DNA of 63,112 nt, counting the filler, from Intoshia linei (lineage: Eukaryota > Animalia > Orthonectida), in assembly GCA_001642005.1 (NCBI GenBank). It is 6 parts of 6 records of this genome, joined end to end, with 100 filler letters (N's around TTAATTAATTAA, not from the genome) between each part and the next. Parts side by side here need not be neighbours in the genome. Positions count along the whole stretch, not along the records: positions 47,884 to 61,695 come from LWCA01000993.1; positions 61,796 to 63,112 come from LWCA01002674.1; 4 more parts are not named here. The stretch is one strand, 5' to 3'. Within the stretch, counting starts at the first letter, position 1. Each line of letters opens with the position of its first letter. Shown piece by piece: positions 55,601-63,112 of this stretch. A program made the translations under genes and the position numbers. The notes beneath the pieces were generated by a model that worked only from the letters and a program-made list of their open reading frames with translations, ran no database searches and had not been told where the DNA came from.

Positions 55601-58600
55601 AATTTTTGAAGTTATTAAAAAAAACGGATGTTGTACCCATTATTAAAACATATAATCATTTCATTATCATTAATATTAAGCTATTTTAACTCAATTGTTC
55701 TCGACTTTTTTAGAATAGAATTGTTAAAGGAGATTTTCGTTAAATTTGATTAATTAAGCATAGGTTTTAATTAAAATTTTTTTTATGTTATTAAATTAAG
55801 CAATACATTAGTTGTGAATACAATATTATTTCGAAATGGCAAATTTCGATTATTTTAAGGTTTTAGAATACTTTCTGTAAATGTCCCAAACTTTTTTCTA
55901 GTAGTGTACCAGTTTCACAAATTAGACTATTAGAGCATCCAGAGCCGAATCTACCATCCTCGAGTCCCCAGTCACTTCTCCATGGTCATGCAGGGGTTTG
56001 GACTTAATTTAAATTTGACATATAATAGTTACGGCAATGCTTCTCATGGGGGTGACTGGTCACCCCAAGAGTTGAATATTTTCATGAGGGGGTGAATACT
56101 AAAATTTTAGATGATTGGGGTGAATGATAAATTTTTAAACTATTTTATTTAATTTAGTCAAATATGTGAAAAAACCCCTATATCAGATCCCAAAATAAAA
56201 AAACTCAATTTTACCAACCATTAAGAAAATAATCCCCTTTTACCAACATTTTTTTGAAAAATCCAATTTTAGCAAACTTTTAGATAAAAAAATCGTCTAT
56301 CTGATCTCAAAAGAAAAAACCTAATTTTACCAACCCTTAATGAAATAATTCCCTTTTACCAATATTTTTTTGAAAAATCCAATTTTATCAAAATTTTATA
56401 TCGAAAATCTCTTTATTTGATTCCAAAAGGATTTAGCCATGTCAATTATCTTTTGGACATCTTTTTAACATACAAAATGTCTCAATATTGAAAAACGTGG
56501 CGATTTGCGTTTAAAGCTTACCAACTTATCTATTAACTTCCACAAAATCACTGAATTAAACCAATGTCACCCTTCACATTAAATTTTTATATTTACATAA
56601 ATTTGTATTTGATTAAATTTCACATAGATTTTTGTTATGTATACTCAAATTCAGTACATTTTATAAGTACAAATTGTGTATTTCTACACAATTATGACAT
56701 GTTATAATAATTGTTTTATTGGGGGTGAATAGAACAAAAATATGTGTCACAGGGGGTGAATGTTCAAAAAAGTTTGAGAAGCACTGAGTTACGGTATTCA
56801 AAAATGTATTTTTTGAAATGCGAAATGGATAATAAAAAATGCCCCATGATACAAAATTCCATCCATCTCCCAAATATTGGATCAGGTACGATAGGTTGGC
56901 TCTGATAGCATATCACAATTTCATTTGGAATGCATTGTGTTTTTAATGCTGAAAATAACAATCTGACAAACATTTGCTAATTAATGAATTAAATTTTGAG
57001 ATGCTCTAATATTCTTTAATTTAATGAACTGCTGGTGAAATAATGTAATAGAAATAAATTTTGATGAATCAAAAAAAATTTTTAACAAATAAATATCGTT
57101 ATATATATAATTACGTTTATCAGAGTATGCTTTCATTGAAAATATACAAGGATATCCAACTCCATCTGTTGTATATTCATTTCCAACAATTAAATCGTTT
57201 TCATCGATATTTTGTATAATTGAATTTCCAACATTATAGTCATATTGGTGAGCAATAGATGGAGTATTATCGTCAATAAAAATGCCCAACCGGTCGTTTG
57301 GTTTTATTGAAATACATCGTGAATTTTCTTGTAAATGTATCTATATCATATTAAATGCATATGAATATTTTTAAATGCATACGTCAACTAATCCCAAATT
57401 TGGTGGTGTTATTGTCCAAATGTGAATCAATTTGTATGATAATATTTCAAAATTTTCATATGTTGGGCGCCACAAGAGTACTTTTACTGGGTCCATTTTA
57501 ATAAAGTAAAATGTAAACCCAAAGATTCTGCCGTAAGACATGAAACCATCTTCAAAAATAAATGAAGAAACATTCCACTTGACTGGCTCGTCGAATGATA
57601 TTAAATTGTATCCAACTTCTTCACCAGTATTTTCTTCTATATACATTATTAATATAATAAATTATGAATTGCGTGTTTACCTTTTTCAATCTCTTTTGGA
57701 TTTTTATTTTCATCAGAACAATTTGAATATTCATCCAAGTTTTCAAATTCTAAGTTTTATTGTAAATTGTAGTCATATCCATGAAACAAGTAAATTTATT
57801 ATTTAAAAAACCCCAATTTATTTTGACGTAAACCCAAGGATACATTATAAAAAGGTTTCACTTCTTTCTTATTATAAAAATAATAATGGAGATTTTCATT
57901 TATTCAAAAATGTTGATTCGCAACGGTTATAAAAAAATTTACCTTTGTTAATGTGTATTTTCAAAGAAAATATGCAATTATATTGTAAACCATCTGTATT
58001 ATAATCTCTATTAATTTCAAGTTCTTCACTATCTAATGGAATTATATTATTTCGAATGGCGTCATTATATTGATGTGCAATTGATGGAGAATCGTCGTCT
58101 ATCAGTATACCAATTTGGTCACCTTTTCTGACCATAAAACATTGTTGATTTATAGCAGATATCATAATCTAAATATTTAAATGTTAATAAAATAAATATA
58201 ATGTAGTTTCATTAATAATGTACTCTTCTATTTATAAAACTTATAACAAAAACGTCTCACCCCACACTAATCTTTTTCAAAATGATTTTCTGATTTCAGA
58301 ATTTTAAGGTGGCCCTTTATAGTATTAAACGGCAAAAACAAAAATAAATGATACAACTTTTAATAACTTTTTTATTTTGGGCTTTAGATTAGGAAGTTGT
58401 TGCTCCTAAGATTTAGTAAAATAGGATTCTTCAAAATAATGTTGGAAAAATAGGATATTTCCCTTAAGCGTTGGTAATATTGGAGTTTTATTTTAGGGTT
58501 GGAATAAGAGGTTTTTCTCATAGGATTTGGTAAAATCGTGTTTTAAAAAAAATATTGGAAAAAGCGTATTTTTTATTTATAGGTTGGTAAAATTGGATTT

Positions 58601-60190
58601 TTTATTTGGCGGTTTGATTAAGTGGATTTTTATCATAAGGTTTCGTAAAATCGGATTATTAAAAAAAATATCGCTAAAAGTCAATTTTTCCCTAGGACTT
58701 GAAATGGTATTTTTTATTAATGGTGGGATAAAAGTGGGATTTTTGAAATAATAATGTAGAGGTCGTCTAGATTTTATGATAATCAACATCTAGAAACTCT
58801 TTAATAATATTAAAAATCTTCTATAAAAACAAAAAAAAGTTGATTAGAATTTTTCTATATTTTATTTGAATCTCACTGACCCCAGGCATATAATTTTGGA
58901 CCCAATTGGGAATCACTGTTTTAATGTATACATTATTTATAAAAAATCCTAGTTAACGGAATGAGATTTTTTTCAGGACCAATTATTCCATTACGATGAA
59001 TTAGCCTGTATTACAATTTTTAATTAATCAAACGAAAAATTACATGTAGAGAATAACAAATTACACGAATTTGATAAATTTGTTATTATGATTAGTAAAA
59101 ATATTCTCTTACGTGTGATTTCCCCAAATTCTCTGGATTGATGGTCCACTTTTGAACTAATTTGTAAGAATAAATTGTACTGTACGCATAGTTTGGTCTC
59201 AAAAGGCATAAAGTAACGGGATCTTTACTAACAAAGTACATTGAAAATCCATACAAATAACCGAAGGATTCGATAGGATCGACAAATAGGAAAATGGACA
59301 ATTGCCAAGGAGAATATTCATCAATGGAAACTAAATCGTACCCGATAGTTTCGTATTTTTCTTCTAAAATAGGAACGTTTAATTAATTTATAAATTTGTA
59401 TTATTAAAAGTATTTAAATGTACCTGTTGAATAAAGGAGAGGTACACCACTATTTATTGGACACTTTGAATAATTATCAATTTTCGTATAACCAAAGTCT
59501 AACGAAATAAACGTAAATGTAATTAATTCAACTTGACATACCTTGATCCATGTAAAACCTAATAGAAAACACACAAGGGTATTTAATACCATCAGTAGAG
59601 TAGGCTTTATTTATAATTAAGTCATTTTGATAAACATTTTGAATAATTCTATTTTTAACTCTATAATCGTACTGATGCGCTACAGCTGGACTCTGATCTT
59701 TCAAATATAATCCGATTTTATCACCAGGTCTAGCAATTTCACAAATTTGACTAATATCTTGTACCATAACCTATATTGTAATAAATCAACATGTTTGTTT
59801 TTAATAATACATCTTCACGTCCTAAATTATTAGGATATATCAACCACGTGTATACAAGTGTAAATGTTTCCGGAATGTTCGAGGTGTAATCGGGTCTCAT
59901 TAAGATTAATTTAATTGGATTGAGGTTGATAAAGAAAAATGAGAAACCATAAATTCGCCCAAATGATTTAACATCATCAATCAAAAATATTGATGTGTTC
60001 CACTTGACAGGTTCATTTAATGCTATAGGATTGGATCCTAAAATGTCTCGTTTTTTGAAGGCTAAATTAAAAATTTTTAGTTAATAGTTATAAATCTGAT
60101 GAATTGTTCACAAATGAGGGCGAGACCTATTGGGTCAATGATAATTTTTCGAAAAAAGTTCATAATAAGAAAGAAAAATTTTGTAATCAT
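52622..60190 (-). CDS. Large, probably extracellular protein with five tandem ~155-aa repeats of an unassigned domain; both ends uncertain
   Basis: Five units, each an exon A (G(Y/F)..W..S.F..GRI(Y/F)GF.FYF...P.K.LLWRP..Y.LIH.W.I.P..G) and an exon B (C....D(R/K/Q)IGI......P.(I/V)AHQY..Y.TDG..YPC.FS). Units 1-4 are each followed by a short Cys-containing linker exon. Splice phases are identical between units. Confidence 0.85.
54466..55906 (+). mobile_element. Full-length but inactivated Tc1/Tc3-type transposon (1441 bp) in an intron
   Basis: TIRs CACTGCTAGAAAAAAGTTTGGGATAT / ATGTCCCAAACTTTTTTCTAGTAGTG with TA TSD. Transposase has YSAEKRFNLDGPDG, GGGVMVWGC, QQDNASVH..PDLNPIENLW (34 residues between D and E). 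It contains stops and frameshifts, and the first catalytic D is replaced by A. Confidence 0.95.
56035..56786. mobile_element. hAT-type MITE
   Basis: TIRs CAATGCTTCTCA / TGAGAAGCACTG; perfect 8-bp TSD AGTTACGG; internal GGGGTGA repeats; 5' end shared with ~38200. Confidence 0.88.
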
Positions 60191-61479
60191 CAAAAGTGTA
60201 AATTGAATTACACATTATTTAAGATTATCCAATTTTATTAATACAATGTACTTGCTACAAAAATTAATTTTCTTCAACGCTTTGGAAATATCCATTTTAT
60301 CTTGGTCTCATTTAAGTTTTGGGATATTTGTTTGATTACACTATAATACTATACTATCTGTATAGTTTGTTTTAGAAAAATTGCAAATTTAGTAAATTTT
60401 GACGAGATAATGCATTCTTATCTACTTTCGACGAATAAAATTCTATTTACCACCAATTAAATGTAAAATTAAATTTTATTAAACAATAGTGGAAACCTAA
60501 TTATAATAAATTTTGAAAAAAAACCCCTATATGAAATTTCAAGTTCAATACTACTAAAATGGTATGAAAATGGCAATCAATTCATTCAAAATAATTCATT
60601 TTATGAGCCTAGACTCTATAACATATAGATCACAAACCCACTCAATGAATCTTGAAAATCACTCAATTATAATTACATAAATGTATATTGGATTATAGAC
60701 CTACATGATACGTCATTCTCCACCTCTTACACGGCAAAATTTTTTTTATAATGATCAGTATCTTCTTACATTTTCAATATACAATGTATAAGCTAACCAC
60801 TGAACATTACACATTGACAGCAAAGATGAACGGAATTAGTATAAATATAAAAAATCCCCTATAGACAGCAAATTATTTATAATTTTTCAATTTTTAACTC
60901 GGGTCCATGCCCGTCCGTCAGTATTTAAAAAAAGTTTGCATACCTGTACGCGTTACAGAGCTCTATATCCTTACTTATATGAAAAGCTTTGTCTCTATGT
61001 GTTATCGTTTATTTCAATAACTACCAATTTTAGAATTTTATAAAGTCCACTTTTTACACCTTACCTGTCAAAAACCCCATTTTTTTTTTTTTTTTTTNNN
61101 NNNNNNNNNNNNNNNNNNNNNNNACCCCTTACCTGTCAAAAACCCCATTTTTTTTTTTTTTTTTTGAAAATCAAACCAGTTCGAAAATTTCAATTAATAT
61201 ATCCTCTGAAACATATTTTAAAATAATATATTATCATTATATTATCACATATATTATTAATATAATTATCATAAATTGAAATTTAAAAAAAAATATCTTC
61301 AGTGCCAAAACCCCAAGTTACCTTTTTTTTTGATGAAAATAGCCATAGAATTTAAAAAAATTTACATGTGGTACAGTTGTATCCTGTTAACACAAAAAAT
61401 TTCAATATGAATCAGTGACGCCTTCATTGTCCAAAAAGCATTTATTTATTCATATATTTTTTTCGAAATATTTTATTAA

Positions 61480-61590
61480 AACAATGTGAAATAATTAAAG
61501 GTCCGAAAATTAAAAAAAAAAATTATTCTGATAGAGCTTATTCCAGTTGATATAAATACAAAATTTCAACCCAGAAATCTACGCATTCAT
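61480..61590. repeat. Dispersed repeat, inverted copy of ~5635-5750
   Basis: GGTCCGAAAATTAAAA..TCTGATAGAGCTTATTCCAGTT..AATCTACGCATTC is the reverse complement of 5640-5730. Confidence 0.75.
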
Positions 61591-62532
61591 TAAAAGCGTT
61601 TCTGTGTAAATTAGCAAACTGGAAAAGGCGTATAAATTTATATAATTATGCAATGTTTCATAAATTATCAACTGTGTTAGATACTAGAAACGAAANNNNN
61701 NNNNNNNNNNNNNNNNNNNNNNNNNNNNNNNNNNNNNNNTTAATTAATTAANNNNNNNNNNNNNNNNNNNNNNNNNNNNNNNNNNNNNNNNNNNNCAATA
61801 ATGTATAATAGTTTTTCAATTAGTAAATAAAACAATAATAATTATATACATTCTTCTATAATTTTTTTTTTCTTTTTCTATCATTTTTCTTGACTTCATC
61901 GTTATTCTTTGTCTTTTTAGCACAATTGGAACAATGTTCAGTTGTATTGGTCATATTTATATCAATTGATTGATTCATTTAATTAATTTCAATTTAAACT
62001 TATTGGCGTTACAGAATTTTTTTGATTTTATCAATTATCTCAGCTTATTTTTTAATTAAAATTAATTTTTTATATGTATATGATAAGAAATTATTTTATT
62101 AACGTAACAAATCGAAATTGGTCTATTTTTATTTTATACAAAACTAGATATGTCGATTTATATTTATATTTAATATTCTGTAAAAATAAATTTTTATCTA
62201 ACATACATCAAAGCGTTTATATATAGTGTTTAAATATAATTTTTTTGGCAGGTATTTTATACCTATTGTACAATATAGGATTTATGATCAACATTAAACC
62301 AAAAAAATAAATCTAATTTATCATTTTAATTTTTGATATTTAGTGTAGAGAATGGGTTAATTATGTAATTTCACTCATTTAGAAAATTAATTAATTATTT
62401 TATTAGTGTAATCTAAAAAAATTAAAAATAGCTCTGTGCACCCCAAAAATATATTATGCACCCCCTTTTAAGAACCACTGCTCTACCGGCTCTAGTTCAT
62501 TACAGTTTTAATTATTTATAGTTCTTTTAGAA

Positions 62533-62967
62533 CAGGGATGGGCAACATACGGCCCGCGAGGTGTTTAGATCCGACCCGAAATAATTTTTATTATAAAAAT
62601 TATTTTTTAATTTAAAATTCTAAATTGTACATTATAATTAAAATTAACATTAAGAGATTTAAAATTTACATAGTAACATATTTTGTCATCTTAAATAAGC
62701 AAGACAATAAAAAAGAGAAAAGTGGACTCTGAATGTAGAATTTTCCAAAAATTATGGGAATTAGAATATTATTTTATGGAGCACTACAACAAACCTGTTT
62801 GTGTAATTTACCAAGAAAATGTTGCTGTTAATAAAGTGAATAACATTAAGCTACATTATGAAAACAAACATAAATCGACATTTCAGAGAATTCATGGAAA
62901 TTTGAGATTAGACGAATTCAATAAATTAAAAAATGGTTTAAAAAGACAGGCTATTCTATTATCGAAT
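62533..62967 (+). mobile_element. Left end of a hAT (SPIN/GTF2IRD2-like) transposon with transposase N-terminus, interrupted near 62967 by another hAT-like TIR
   Basis: TIR CAGGGATGGGCAAC..CGGCCCGCG. Reading frame KKRKVDSECRIFQKLWELEYYF..KPVCVIYQENVAV.K.NNIKLHYENKH (degenerate BED finger), then TAGGGTTGCCAAC. Confidence 0.85.
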
Positions 62968-63112
62968 AGGGTTGCCAACTGCATTATTATTCCCCTGAGA
63001 CTTTGGATTGTTAAATTTAACTCAGGGTTAAGTGATATTTCTCAGGGTAATTTAATTTTTTCAATCAAAATCATCAGATCAGACATATTTTATTTATATT
63101 GGATGAATAAGC

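Noticed and set aside
55909-56002. GC-richer stretch resembling a minus-strand exon with an in-frame TGA (possible selenocysteine, given SEPSECS)
   Set aside because: All three minus-strand frames have stops, the repeat gene splices cleanly without it, and it resembles the CAGAGCCGAA..CTCGAG repeat near 18743.
61056-61145. Direct duplication with poly-T around a 26-N gap
   Set aside because: Typical unmerged contig overlap at a homopolymer; assembly artefact.

Overview
Very AT-rich eukaryotic (metazoan) genomic DNA made of six contig fragments joined by artificial 100-nt spacers (44 N + TTAATTAATTAA + 44 N at 8184-8283, 15395-15494, 43520-43619, 47784-47883, 61696-61795). Genes use the standard code, are tightly packed and are split by many tiny (~35-45 nt) introns, plus a few large introns swollen by transposon debris. 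The style resembles a compact, fast-evolving invertebrate genome such as the orthonectid Intoshia, but that is inference only. Splicing exons by hand gives: a minimal USP25/28-type deubiquitinase, Na,K-ATPase beta subunit, a kinesin-fold protein with all ATPase motifs destroyed, an FCP/SCP phosphatase, SEPSECS, a probable SPC24-like protein, PSMD12, a PR/SET + C2H2 factor, a divergent actin with a CArG box, GPN2, PCGF3, partial MMAB, partial ACY1, partial ALDH3, MEMO1, and a large gene built from five tandem copies of a ~155-aa domain that I cannot assign. Mobile DNA includes a full-length decayed Tc1/Tc3 element, hAT and Chapaev-like transposase remnants and several MITEs with TSDs. The most notable items are the five-repeat protein, the pseudo-kinesin, the miniaturised USP25/28 and two GC-AG introns. 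Exon boundaries were read by eye and no searches were run.
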